Assembly (NCBI GenBank): GCA_012295275.1
Contig: CM022666.1
Span: 15,190,001-15,254,000, forward strand
Direction: 5' to 3'
Source of the DNA: Chrysomallon squamiferum
Taxonomy: Eukaryota > Animalia > Mollusca
DNA: 64,000 nucleotides
In this document: piece after piece, positions 1 to 15,728 of the stretch
Layout: each line of letters begins with the position of its first letter
Position numbering within the stretch: the first letter of the stretch is position 1
The notes under the pieces: generated by a model
Told to the model about the DNA's origin: nothing
Databases searched by the model: none
The model's input: the letters and a program-made list of their open reading frames with translations, nothing else
Translations under genes and position numbers: made by a program

Positions 1-953
1 AGATATACTCATTACAGTTTGTAAAACATATTTTAGTTTTGGGTTATATTTCGTTATATTCAGATAAAAATAATTTTGTTTTCCCAAAAAAAAAATGTAT
101 CTATATTTCCAAAAAAAGAAATATACATATCTTAATATTCTGAAAAAACTAAATGTTTTTGTTTCTTATTCTTTTCTTTGATCCACAATTGTTTACAAAC
201 AGAGTAAAATATAGCTATTTCAGAAATATGGTAATGTGTGTCATGTGTGTTTATACACACACACACACATATACAAACATATACATACAAGTAATAGTAA
301 TATAATATTTGCATTGCATGTTGCATTACTAATTCTGAATGGTGAAATCACTTGATGAATATTGAAACATTTTCCATTTTACTTTGATTCTAGTTTGATT
401 GCACATGACAAAAACTATACCAGGTTTTTTATATATATATATGTAAAACATTATATAATAATAAAGAAAAATAATAATAGGTAAATAAACAGAAAGAAAG
501 AAATAAAGAAAGAACAAAAAATTATCGCACAGAATACATTAGAACATTCAGACAGTGTAAATTTAATTTGTCACTCAACATTTCGTAAATTTTCAAATGT
601 GAAAATTTTTTTTTCTTTTTTCGAAGAATGACAACAATTTTTTTTTTATCAGTGCAAATGTCAGAAATCATGTACACAATAATAAAACAGTATCACAGGG
701 TTTTGAAGGAACAAACATCTAAACAGTATCCAACATGGTACCACATGGTACAACAAGATATAACAACTACAGAGAGATACTATTTACAAACAAAAATATA
801 AATATCCTTTGTTCCATTAACATTACTAATATTAAATAGTGCCTTTTCAATTTTATTTAAATTATTTATTTATTTTATATAATAAAAGTTTTATTCCATT
901 CGATTAACGGGTTAAAAAATATTCATGCTTAAAAATTATGTTTTACTGACCTA

Positions 954-1011
<58 letters not shown>

Positions 1012-3160
1012 CTTAGAATATTACATAATTAGTTTAGATAATAACATTTTAGACAAATATTGGCTTAAGAACAATCAACTATTTAAAATATATATATATA
1101 TATATCTATATAAAATTTCTGAACAAACAACAGAACATTTTTAAAACAAGGAATCATTATAAATTCATGTCGTTGTCAAATGTATTTTTTTTTTAACTAC
1201 AGATTGCAATGTTTAAACATCAGCAGTATTAAAAAATGAATAAATGAAAATAAATAACTGGTTACTAATTTTAAAATATTAAAGGTGTCAGAAACAATAT
1301 TTATTTTTACAACATGTATGTATGTATACGTAGAGATAAAGGTATTCATGATGGATGTTCAAGGAACTAAGGAATCTTGGTTGTGATAGTAATAATGCAA
1401 TGCATGATGGGTAAACCTCAAAATGGTTGTCAGAGACAGGTGACTGTCATTATAAATATCCAAAAAATTAGATTCAACTGTTCACATTTCAATATACATG
1501 TAGCTGAGTTATCAAAAATAAAAAATAAAAATTAAAAACAATTCTGGTCTTGTTAAAAGTGGCAGTAGGATACAAGGCATTTATCTGACTTAAATAAAAT
1601 TTTGCTCACATTTAACATTTTCATAATACATGAACTAGATTTCTCACTGTGGATACACGTAATGCATTCTTGATACATTCTGACCTGCATTCATTAACAG
1701 AAATAAATAAAAATAACCACTAAATTTATATTTCTAATTTCATATATACATAATAAATGACCTTGTACATACTAATTTAATCTGGAGTGTCATCAACAAA
1801 AAGATATAAGCTAATACATATACCTGATTTTTAATTCTCAAATGCTACGTCACTGAAAATATATGTAAAGTGTACATTTGATGATAGTTAAAGTTAAAAA
1901 ATGTTATAAATGGCTTTCTAGATACAGATTCTATATATTTTTGTTATTCCAAATACCTTATAATGGCTTTCTAGATACTTGTTCAGTATCATATACCAAT
2001 TACTAAGCACCATAATCTTTAAAATATAAACTAATAAATATATTTTTATTTAATTCTCAAAACAGACCGGATTTTAAAGTGAAACTCTGGAGATATGAAC
2101 AAACAGTCAAAATATTTTATAAATGACTTTCCAAATATTAATTCTGTATAAAATTCCACTTACTAAACATCAGTCTTTAAAACATCAACTGGTAGATACA
2201 CTGTTATTTATTTTGGAAAATACAGCACTCTTAAACACATTTTTATTTATTTATTGCTGTAAACTTTCAGTCTCTTGTCAGTCAATGATAAACATTCAAA
2301 ACGTGTTAAACTACAGACAGTGAAGTCCTGAACAGATCTTTGTCCTTAAAAATAAAGTCATCTAGAAAATAACTGAACTTATTTGTACACACAGACACAG
2401 ACAGAGACACAGCGACACAGACACACTCACAGACACACAGAGACACACATAAAGGAGAACATGCCATATTTTTAACAGCTGTCGATACTTATTAATTATA
2501 AAAAACATTCACATATAAAAATAATTTAAAAAAAATTCAAACAGCCTATTGCCATACCACATTGTCTTATTTTAAACTGACACATTTAATGATTTACTAC
2601 GTCTACTGACTTAAATCTGAACACATTTAATAGTCGTTTGTTAAATATTTCACTTCTTTCTCTGTGTATTTTATCTAATGCTAATTCTTTTATCAATTCA
2701 GACAAATTTAATATTCACTGGTAACTATATTTGTCTTGAATCATAGGAACTGACCGATGTTTCTTGCTTAATATTTAATATTATACCACAAACAGAAAAT
2801 TCTGAAATTATAGAAATGTTTGGAGAGCTTCTCAGATTGATGATAATTATAAAACTATATTAAATATACCACACATCACATGCAAGGAGTCTTGAAAAAT
2901 TCTGAATCACAGAATAATGGTACTTTATAATCAGATACACTGTGCAATTGGACACATTCTGTAATCAAACACACTGAGTAAAGAGATACACTTACTAATC
3001 AGTAGACTTGAAAATCTGCAATGTCGTATTTCAACTGCTCACTGTGATATATAAATATTTTTTTTTTCCCTGTCCAGTATAAAACTCTACATTCTAAACT
3101 TCGTCACTTTGTACACAACTTTTAACAATGGTTCAGGTTTACTTGAGGTATAAAAAATTC

Positions 3161-4082
3161 TCACAACTTTTGTGGGTAATTTCGCACAACCTTTATGGTT
3201 CCTGTGAAATCGGCAGAGATGATTATCTCCCCTAAAACACTCTCCGCTTCGGATTTTGCGCCTCCTGGTTCTTTGGTTTCGACACTGGGATAGAAGAGTG
3301 ATGCATTTGGTGCAAATATTGCTACTGTTGCTACTGCATTGTGTACTGAAAAGAAAAGAGAGAAAAATAAGTACACCTTGCTATTTATTTATTTATTTAT
3401 TTATTTATTTATGTCCTAAAGGCCAAAAAGAACACATGGCAAAACTTGACAAAACCAAAAACTAACCTAAAACAACCACAACAGACCTAAAAAAAAAATA
3501 TATATTTTTTTTAAAAAGTAAGTAATTAAATAAATAAATAAATAAATAAATATAACTATAACAAACCTACACTCTAAATCCCTTTTATATTAATAAAATG
3601 TAAAATAAACTTCGAATTAAAGAAAAACAAAATAAACTTTTAAAAATAATATTATTAAAAAAAATATAAAAAAATAAATAAAAAAAATTCTGTTTGGAAT
3701 GGGAAAAAGGCAGAGCATCCAACCTTTAATGGCTTCCCAGTAGTCGTTCCTGTCTCTGCGCGCTGCGGACAGTTTGAAGTCATGTCGCGTTTTCCACACG
3801 TAGATAAAATGATCCTCAGAGCCGCAGATTATGTACTTTCCAGACGGGCTGCGCAAAATAAAAATAAAATAATAGTAAAATAATAAAATCAAATAAACAA
3901 ATAAATATATAAAAATAAAATAATCAAAAAATAAATAATAAAAATAAAATAAACAAAAAATAAATAAGTATTGAAAAAAAAAATTAATAAGTAATGAAAA
4001 AATTAATAAATAAAATAAAACAAAACATTACATCCCTTTCCAATGGAATTAATAATATTAATTTTTAATTTTTTCTTCTATA

Positions 4083-4143
<61 letters not shown>

Positions 4144-5319
4144 AATAATAAAAATAATACTCAACAACAACAATAATAATTAAAAAAAAAAGAGTAAAAT
4201 AATGATAATAATAATAATACAACTATAAAAACAAAAAATAATAATAATAAAACAATAAATAACAGTAGCAATAACAATAATAAAAACGTAAATAATAATA
4301 GCAACAATAATAATAATAATACAGTTATAAAAAATAATAAATAAATAACAATAATTATAATAAAAGAGAAGAATGTGTTAGAAGACCTAAGACTGGCTTT
4401 GATCTGGCTGCTGGTGTTAGTCGCACCCTTGTATTTGACAGACAGAGTGAGGTCACGCAGGTCATACAGTCGAATTCTCGAATCATTTGACGTTACCAGC
4501 ATCTGCATAACACAATTTACAATCACTTACAATCCACTTTTTATTATTTATTTATTTTTAAATAATAAATACTGATAAAACAAAAAATAAAGTTATTAAT
4601 TTATTTTAATTTTTTAATTTTTTATTATGCATGGGAAAATCGAAAGAATAAATTAATATTTGCAAGAATTAATTTTATGTCTAAATATTAATGCAATTTT
4701 ATTATTATTATTTTTTAAAATTTTTAAAATTATTTTTATTTGTGTGTTTACAAGAAAATCTATTATTTTAAATATTGGATAGATATTGATTTATTTTAAA
4801 AATTATTGTTGTTGTTATTATTATTCATTACACTGGTTTTTCATTTTTCATGACATCATTACAACTAATGCAATGCAATTAAATTCTTGATTTCTTTTTC
4901 ACATTGATTTGCATGAAATAACCTAATAAATGAGAAAAACATCAACTTCATTTTTTTATATGTATTTTTTTATTTCTTAACAAACTTTAACATAGGCAAA
5001 GACTTGTCTATGACCAGTTAGAAATTAAAATTAAAGTTTAATAATAACATGGAAAGGACACAAAAGATATTTTGTCCAAGTCTTACGAGATATTTTAAAA
5101 AGAAAACAGCTGTGTAATAATGTACTGTTGTAAGACAAACTGTTTACCTTGTTGTCAGACAAAGGCTCAATTCCTGTTATTTTGTGACCTTTGGCATTTC
5201 GACCCCTGGTTGACCTCACGTGAATCTGTGTGAAGTACTTCAAGTGCTGCAATAAAAAATTGAAATGTGAAAAGATATGAAAAGAAATAAAATATTTGAA
5301 AATAAAATAATAATAATAA

Positions 5320-5350
<31 letters not shown>

Positions 5351-6956
5351 AAGAAGAAGAAGAAGAAGAAGAAGAAGAAGAAGAAGAAGAAGAAGAAGAA
5401 GAAGAAGAAGAAGAAGAAGAAGAAGAAGAAGAAGAAGAAGAAGAAGAAGAAGAAGAAGAAGAAGAAGAAGAAGAAGAAGAAGAAGAAGAAGAAGAAGAAG
5501 AAGAAATAATAAGAATAATAAATAATAAAAACCACACCAAAAAATAACACTGAAACAGAATCTGTCAGAAAGATATGCCAGTTATATGAAAACAGTTACA
5601 AAATAAATTACCAAAAGTAACTGATAAACAATTCAAGTTTATATAAAATAAGAACAAGAACAAAATTAAAAAAAAAAAATTAACAATTTCTTTAGAAAAT
5701 AAATTTAAATCAGATGGAATCTATACATCTATAACGATACAGAAGCTAAAAAATAAAGTGCAAAATAACAATTTAAAACAATCAGATGAAACTCTAAAAG
5801 AACATTCTTTACTCTAACTCTTGAATTTGTTTTCATTTATTATTTTCTCATTAATTACAATGCATACATTAAGTAACAATCTATGGAAAAAATACCAGCT
5901 CTCATCCTTTCTAACAACTTTGCTATAAACTTTGCTACTACAAACTTTATCATTATCAAAGATTGGCTGCCAGTAATACCTCTGTTGTGTAGAAGATGCA
6001 TCTGCCGTCATAGGTTCCCACCACTGCGTATTTTCCTTTGCTGACGAAGTTGGCGGTGGTGATCAGACTGCCTGCCTGCCCGACCTCGTTCCACATCGTC
6101 ACCTTCTTGTCCGGAATGTTCCACAGTCGCAGCTTCCCGTCCAGAGACCCACTCAGAAAGTAGCGATCATCCTGAAGTGAAAAAAACAACAGCTTTTGTT
6201 ATTAACAGACGTAAATTTAAAATTAAATAATAACGTAACTAATAAAATAGAAGTAAATTTAAAAAAAAGATTAAAAAAAAAAAAAAAAAAAAAAAATCCC
6301 CCAAAAAATAATTAAAAATAAAACAAATAATAATAATAATAATAAAATTAAAAAACACAAATAAGAATAATTATCTCCTTTATTTCTTTAGTGCACACAT
6401 ACACCAGTATGAATAAATAGTCTAAAAAAAAAAATTTCACAATGTCATTATAAATATCAAAAAAATTATATTCACCTGTTAGTTATTATTAAGTTATTAT
6501 CTCACATTTTTTTCAATTCTGACTACAGAAAATGGCAAAAATCTAAATATCTTTAACCAGTTCTCTTGTTTGTTGCTATCCTTCTTTAACCCTGAGTAAC
6601 TAGTAAACCCAAAACATCTAGACTATTTCTTCCTATTACACTTTTAACACTTAGAACGAAAACTGTGATTTAAACATGAATAAAAACACAAAGATTTCAT
6701 TTACAGTGAATCTGCTGTCACGAGCCAAGTTTTACCTTTGGGTGGAAGACGATGGTGGTGACGAAGTCGATGTGTTGAAATGTACACAGACATTCCCGTC
6801 TGGACATGTGCCACAGTCTGACCGTCTTGTCCATCGATGAACTCAGAATGAAATAATTCTTTAAAAGAAAAACAATTTAATATAATTAAAATGAAAAACG
6901 CAATACTTATTAAATAATAAAAAATAATAAAAAAATAATAATAATAATAAAAATTA

Positions 6957-7026
<70 letters not shown>

Positions 7027-8071
7027 TTAAATAATAATAATAATAAAAAAATAAAAAAAATATATATAATAAATGTTTTTATAAAAAGGTATTTAAAAAA
7101 AAAAATGAACTAAGAAATGATTATCACATCAAAACAATAATAAATAAAATAAAATGAAACAAAACGAAACAAAACAAAACAAAACAAAACAAAACAAAAC
7201 AATATCAAATCAAATAAAACAAAATAAAATTAAGGCTGTTTGTTGAAATGTTTTTCCTTTCAGTGAAAGAGATAAAAGTTTAATTTACCTTTGACCACGA
7301 AACGTCTAAAAGGTCAGCAGCGTGACCTCTGTAACAGCACAACGGCTTCTTCATGAATGGAGCAATCTCATCATCAGCTTCGTCATCTTCCAGATGTGAC
7401 TGGAAAAAAACATTTAAAAAAGTAATCTCAACTCTTCTCTCTTTAGTATTACTATTTGTGTTTTCTTTTTGTTGACATTTTGCTTTTATTATTGTTTTAC
7501 TATTTGTATTGTTATTATAATTTATTATTATTATTGTTGTTGTTTCTATTAATACTATTATTATTATTATTCTAATCACATATTATCATTTATTTATTAT
7601 TTATTTATTTATTTATTTTTTTATCATCTGCTAGTTTTAAATTTTGGTTTTAAAGAGTAAGATACTGTAATTTTATCAAAGTTACATAAATATAATTTCA
7701 GTCAGTGATTATACATTGTGTATAAAGTTCTAAATCTGTTCTTGGCCATTATTTATATTAAAGCTATCCCAAAATGAAGCTTTTCCATTATATTGTGTAT
7801 TTTATTTCAGGACAGTGTTATGTCAAAGTTTTATAAGACTGAGTACTCACAGATGCATCAGTAACACTGGACGCAGTTTCCGAGGAAACAGAAGTGAGAC
7901 TTTCTTGAGAGTTAGCTGGTGACATTGACACTGAAATAAATAAAAATAAATAAAACAACAAAAAACAACAACAACAACAACAATAAATATAACAATATTA
8001 ATAAAAAATACAATTAATACAAAATCAATAAGTGTAACAGTAAGATGAAGAAAATAACAACAATAAATAAA

Positions 8072-8111
<40 letters not shown>

Positions 8112-8990
8112 TAAATAATAATAATAACAAAAACAATAACAATAACAATAACAATAATATTTATAAATAATGTTAGGTAATGATGATATTGATGGAACAG
8201 TAACAACATCATTCAAAATGCAAGAAACATCATCATCATCATCATTAAAATGATTCTAATACTGTTAGTAACAAAAATGACGAAAAGGACATGCAATCTT
8301 TGTATTTACAATCATATCATACAAATTACAATAACTTTATCATTTAGATTATATCTAACTGAATTAAAAAACAGAGCAAGGTATCAATAATTCATATACA
8401 GTACACATAATTCTGAAAGTATCAACACAACAACAGTTAATTTTAATTATCAAAGTTTAATTTTGTTTTTACCTGCTGCATATTTTTTCCTGAGGTCGTT
8501 AAAGTAGGAGTAAGCAGACTTGAGAACCCAGATTTTTAAAATCCCATCCTGACCTCCAGTAGCCAGCAACCTTCCACAAGGAGAGAACTTCATAGACCAA
8601 ATAGCACCCTGGATAACAACGATAATGATAACAATGATAATAGTGATAATGATGATAATATTGATAATAACAATAATATTGATAATAATGATAATATTGA
8701 TAATGATAATGATAATATTGATAATAATGATAACAGTGATAATGATGATAACAATGATAATAACGATAATATTGATAATGATAACAATGATAATAACGAT
8801 AATAGTTGATAATGATAATATTGATAAAAAACGATAATAGTGATAATGATGATAACAATGACAACAATGATAATATTGATAATAATCATAATAATGATAA
8901 CAATGACAATAATATTGATAATAATGATAATGATGAAAATTACAGTAGTAGTACTAACAGTGACTGCAGTAGTGGTATAATAATAATAAG

Positions 8991-9025
<35 letters not shown>

Positions 9026-11496
9026 CAATAACAATAACAATAACAATAACAATAGTAATAATAACAATAATACTAACAGTTTGTAATAAAAGTAATAATA
9101 GTAAAATAATAATATAACAGTAAGAAGAGCAAGAAGACTAAAAGAAGTGACTTACAACATGTTCACCACTGAGTTCCTGTAACATTCTGATTTGTGCAAA
9201 GTCATATGGACCTTTATTACTGTTTGAGGATTTTATCTGAAAAAAAAAAAAAAAATAAAATAATAAATAAATAAGTAAAGAAAGAAATGAATGAATAGAT
9301 GAATGAATAATTAAAAAATAAGTAAATACTAACTAAACAACTAAATGAATATATCTAATGAATAAATAAAGTAAAGTAAAGTAAAGTAAAAAAAAAAAAA
9401 AATAAAAGCATCTTTGTTACTTTAGAATATTTTCCATCTACTGGCTTATTATTTTTTTTACTCAAATGTTCCCAAATAATTTTGACCTGAGATCAAAGTA
9501 TGAACCATGCTGAAACTTCAACACCAACAGGCATCTATCTATTCAAAAAATATTTTACAAGTTATGTTATTGTTTTTTCTTTGTTATTTACCTTGAATAT
9601 TTTGCCATCGACTGAGACTTCCTCTTCGACATCTCCCTCATCCCCACGTAGAACTAGAAAATAAAAATCAGGTAAAATATTTAACATTAAGATCCACAAC
9701 ATCATTGAAATAAAGTAATTATTAGATGAAATTCTTCAGTGTCTCCTATCATCTTCACACAAAAAACATTCATGTCAGGTAAAAACATATGGAAACAAAT
9801 ATTAAAAAGTTTCAAAAATATATTTTAAGATCTTACCTTGATCTGCAACATTTTTCACTTTTCTTGCTGTTCTGCTTAATAATTTCTTTAACTTCTTCCT
9901 GTTATAAGGACAAATATTTGACAATTTTACTTTTGAGTACTTTTTATCTAACTTTCCATTAAAATGTTTTCTTTTATAACACTGTAACTGTAAATGAAAT
10001 CAAATGTTTTGTTTCCTATATTCACCATCTAATGGTTTTTAATATACAGTGAAACTCAGTTTGTCTCTAAAATTTATTGCAGTGATTAAATAAAAAATAC
10101 TTTGTTTTCATGTCCTTTCAATGTGCATGCATTGATAAGTATGTGAATGTATGTTAATCAATTTTTATTTTAACATTAAGACTTATATAATGCTGAAATC
10201 TATTTAAATATCTCACACACACACACACACACACACTCACTCATATACAACTAAAATGAACCAAAAAACAAAATGTTTACAAAATATCTGCTTTTAAAAT
10301 TTCAAAAATTACTGTTTTCATATTACATCATTGATTTTCCAACAAATCTTACAATAATTTGTCATTTTACTTTCCTATAACAACACAGGAAGCAACACTT
10401 TGTCTATATCAAAGCTTAGTGTCTGTACTGAAGACAAAACAAGATTTTCACAAGTTTTTTTCAGTAGCAGACAGAAAGCTTTAATAATGACAAAGTTTTG
10501 CTTCCTGGTTCACAGTTAATTTGACATGTCTCTACAGCAAAAGCTATTAAAAGAACTGGAATGTGTGTCTATATCATTTGTCATATTAACTGCTTATAAA
10601 TCAAGAAAACAAGATAGGTGCTGTACGTTGCAAACTGGGATATCTCAGTGAAAACAAGACATTTCTGTAACTGTATGAAATAATTTTTTTTTTTTATGTT
10701 ATGCTTTTTGTTGTTATGTGATGTAACACTGACACATTACTCAGGTTTTCTAATCATGTAATCTTACGTTTTCTTGGTAGTTCGACTGGAAATTGAACTG
10801 GAGAAGGAACTGACAGAGATCGTGTCCTCATCAGAGGACAAGTTATAATGACTGTCTCTGAAATTAAAAAAATTATTTTTAGGCAAAGCTGACAGATGAA
10901 TAATTTATTTTGCTAATTATTTCTATTTAAATAAATTATTAAAAAGAAATATAAGAACAAAAATAAAAAAATAAATAAAAAGATTTAAAGTAAAAGAAAA
11001 AAAAAGAAAATGAATGTCAAAGGGAAATATATGTAGTATGTCAACATAAAACAAACTCTTGACAGTATGATAAAGAACAGGAAAAAAGAACTGTATGAAT
11101 ACATGTGACACACCCACATATCCATACCCAGAGAGAGAAAGAGAGAGAGAGATGAAACAGTCACAGACAGCAACCCAAACATTTTTAAGGTTTTTTTTTG
11201 AAAATAAGTATCTTTAAAAACTCCTTCACTACTATATAAATAACCTTTAAAACAAAAAAAAAAAAAAAAAAAATCTTCAAAATAATAATTAAAAAAAACT
11301 TTTAAAATAATTTAATAAAAAAAAAAAAACTTAAAATATTTTAAAAAAAAATACCCTTTAAATTCTTTGGTTCTCTGCACAATGTGAAGGTCGACCGGGT
11401 TGATGCACTGAGGTAACTCTTCTGCAGCTTTACTGAGAGGAATTTCCTCCCCTGTGTCCAGGTTCTTAATGAAGAATGACTCCAGTATTTCCTACA

Positions 11497-11531
<35 letters not shown>

Positions 11532-12448
11532 ATATATAAATAATTTAAATGCTCTAAGAATTCAATAACAAAAGAAAACAGAAACGATGTAAATTGTAAA
11601 AAAAAAAAAAGTATTAAAAGTTAAAGATTTCTGAACACTAAGGACAGCAATTTGTATTCTAGCTTTGAAATTAACAAAACATTAAATATAAAAATCAGTA
11701 CATTTTTAAAACTGTTTTTCACCCCTAGTACAGTAACAACAACAATAATGATAAGTGTATTAATATTAGTAATAATAATAATAACAACAATGATGACTAC
11801 GATGACTACTACTACTACTACTACAACTACCACCACCACCACTACTACTACTACACAACTACAACAACTAAAGGAAAAAAGAAATCCAAAGAGAAAAAAA
11901 CAAAAAAAAAAGAGGTAAAACGTACAACATCACTCTTTGCTTTTTCGCATTCCTGCTGTGCAAGATGGAGATTCTGCTGAGAGGAGCTCGCTTTTGGTGA
12001 AGAACTTCGCCGCTTCTCAGCAGCTGTCAGCTTGTTTCTCTCTTTCCTCCTCCTCTTGTGAATCCTGTCATCGTCGCTGCCACCAAACACCTCATCGTCC
12101 GTCGCATCCTCCAGTGAGAACTGAGGCAACAGTTCGTTGACGTCTCCCTGAGATTTCACTGCGTCCACCTCAGCCATCTGATTCAAGTTTCAGAAAGAAA
12201 AAACAAAAAAACTTTTTACAGATGTTCTCAATACATTTTTAAGTCATTGTTACAAAAAGAATGTTTATGTTTTGGGGTTTTTTGTAGCTTCTTTTAATGA
12301 TTACAAAATTTTAATTTTTACTGTAGTCAGAGGTTACATGAATGATTAAGGATTTTACTGATTAACAAGAGAATATTTTACGACATCACTAAATAGAGAA
12401 TTGTTTTTTGTTTCCATTAGTAACAAGAGGCAGTTTATACACACACAG

Positions 12449-12480
<32 letters not shown>

Positions 12481-14857
12481 CCCCTTAATACAGCATTGTA
12501 CACAGACAAAATTAACTTATTCAAATTAGTTTTTGTCAAATCTGATATTCATTTTATTAAAATTGTTTTTGCTATTAAATTTATATTCATGCATATTTAT
12601 TTTTATTTATATGGTCAACATAAATTTATTCAAACTAGTTTTTACTTAAATTAGATATTCATTACGTTAAAATTGTTTTTGTTATTTGTATATCACATTT
12701 CTATCAGTCTATGTATATATATCTGCAGTTCTATTTTCATACATTAACTTATTCAAACTAGTTTAATTAAATCTGAGACACAAACCTCAGAAGTTACCAT
12801 CTTAGTTCCACTGATGACGTCACGAAGTTCGAGACACTGGAAATCCTGATTGTACTCTTTAGTGAAGTTCTTGGTTATGCTGTCCACAGTTGACACGGGC
12901 GTGGCAGGGGTTACACACTGTGTCTGGCTCTCTCCCTCAAACGATGATGTACTCGCCTGGAGGGGGGAAAAGGTATAAATGTTAACAACAACAACAACCA
13001 CCAACAATAATAATAATATTAATAATAATAATGATAATAATAAATAAACAAAACAATAAATAATATAACAATAATAGTAATAAACAAACAAAAAATAGAA
13101 AAATAAATAAATAAATAAATAAACAAATAAACAAATAATAAATAATAAATAAATAAAACAATAAATAATGTAACAATAATAATAACAATAAATAATGTAA
13201 CAATAATAATAACAATATAATGATGATAATGATAATGATAAACATCACATAAGTTTCAGTTTAATTTGGCAGTTTTCAAGATTATATGATATCAACAAAA
13301 CCACTAATTTACAAAATTAAGATATTTAAAAATGAAAAGCCTGTTTTCCTTTTAACTCTACATAAAACACTAGTAACTGACTAATATATAAAACTGTTAT
13401 AAAACTGTTCTTATATTCATCATAATCTTCATTTCTTTCCTTTTTTGTTATCATAAATATGCTATTTAAACCAGTTCATTAACTCACCTTTTTTCACTGA
13501 AAAATTCAGCTTTTAAAAATAAAATAATAATAAAAATAATAATAATACATAATAATAACATAATATTTTTAATAATCATAATAACTAATAATAATAATAA
13601 TCATAATCATAAAATTAAAAATAATATTATAATTGTTTATATTATCTACTTTTTTTACATACATCATAATCTTTCTTTCTTTCTTTCATTTTTTTTTTTT
13701 AATTATAAATATTTTATTACAAACCAAGTTCACTAACTCTACCTTTTTCCTAGCAGATTTCTTTCTCCTAGGTGGAGCCACTGGAACAGCAAACTCGGCG
13801 GGGGGTCCTCGGCTTCGTGCTCATGACGATGTCCGGCGCATTGACAGACAGCTGACTGTCTTTCATCACCGCGTCGACCACCTTCAGCGTTTCCAGCTCT
13901 GCGTTGTTCTCATCGTCGCTGAGGTACTGCTGCAGCAGCTTGTCCTGGTTCTCCTTGTCCGGGACGGAAATGTTAAAATTATCCATCAAGTTTTTGCTGG
14001 CACCCACGTCTCGCGACTTTTCTGTCTCCACGTAGGACGACATCAGCACGGAGGTGTTGTGAGGGAGGTCGCCCCACGAGCCCGAGCGTTTCTTCCGGCT
14101 GTGGGTTCGATGCAGGTGCTCCCTCGTGTCTCTGTAACTGTTCTCCATCTTCTCTATTGTGTGAGATTTCTTGTGCGGAGAAGAGCGGGTGACGTTCAGG
14201 ACGTCCTCCTCTGCCTGATCTTCGTCCGGGGAGGAGTCGTTGGACTGTTTGAGTGAGGAGACTTCCTCGCCGATCAGCTGTCTCATTCCTTCCAGCTTCC
14301 TTCTGCGATGTTCCAGATCACTCACTTGAACATGTGTCTCCTGAATGATCATAATATATATATATATATATATATCTGTGTGTTTGTATCTCTCTGTGAG
14401 TGTGTCTGTGTGTGTGTATTTATTTTAATTAATATTATGATTATTATTTTTTATTATTATTATGATTATGATTATATATATGTGTGCTGAAACACACACA
14501 CACATGTATAAATTCTGTTTGCTGCTACTATGTCAAATAAACAACATAAGAAATTCAAATAAATTTGATAAACAATAAGAATAAAAAATAAATGTTGTAC
14601 CGTTTTGGGTTCCTCTGCAATCTTTTTCTGTTGCAGTTCTCGTAGTCTTCTTTCCAGTTCCTCATCTTCCTTCCTCCACCTAGATTCAAATACAGCAGCA
14701 CGTTATTTTATCTACATACACACACAGACTACACACATACACACTCACAAACACACCACTTCCTCAAAACTTAATTCTAACATTTATAGAATTATTGTTA
14801 CAATTAGAAATATTATTATCATCACCATCTTTTTATTTATTCTTTTTTTCTATTCAT

Positions 14858-14916
<59 letters not shown>

Positions 14917-15670
14917 ATAATATATGAATAATAAAATAATTTTCTATATATTTTACTTTTCAATAGCTTGTCTCTTCAATTCTAGTAGTAACCTTTCTTC
15001 TTCTTCAATTTCTGGAACCTAAAATAAAAAATGTATTAATTTTAATTTTCATTACAATACAAAGTTTTAAAAACAACAACAAAGAAAAAACAAAATAAAA
15101 AAAATGTAAATCAAAACTTAAAAACTAAACCAAAAAGTCCCCAGCCTTTTCTTTAGTGTTTGTGTGTTTGTATGTGTGTGTACATCTGGAGTCATAATTA
15201 CAAATTAACTTTCATTCTAAGTTATAAATATAAGAACTTAGTGACAGTGACTATACGACTACCTGTATATCAGGTTCTTTTCTAAGTGTGGACTCTTTGT
15301 TCAATGTGAAGCTGCATACTGAAGCACTGCCAGGAGACCGAGCACTTACGAATGAACTGAAATTAAAAATATCACAAAACTTTAATACATAACATTAAAA
15401 TATTTAACAAGATTTTATAAGTACTGTAAAGTATATTTTTAAGATAAAAATTCTTTACGTACAAATAAGTATACTAATTTGGATATATCTTTTGTTTTTC
15501 TAGTTCTGATAACTGCTTCTTTTTTTTTTTAATAAAAAAAAACAGACAAAAAACAACAACAGAAAACAAAGTCAAATATAAAGCCATACTGACATAAACA
15601 ACAGTAAAATATTTTGTCAGGGTCAGTTTCCACAAATAACAAATCGATTACGTTGAAAAGTCATCAAATT

Positions 15671-15728
<58 letters not shown>

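Noticed and set aside
5031-5550. Poly-Ser, poly-Phe and poly-Arg ORFs
   Set aside because: Translations of the (GAA)n tract; only 5148-5246 is a real exon.
8499-9117. Several Y/H/I/L/N-rich ORFs on both strands
   Set aside because: Stop-free frames of a cryptic triplet repeat in an intron.
13633-14256. 207-aa plus-strand ORF
   Set aside because: Antisense shadow of GC-rich WDR44 exon 5, with a non-ATG start in low-complexity sequence.
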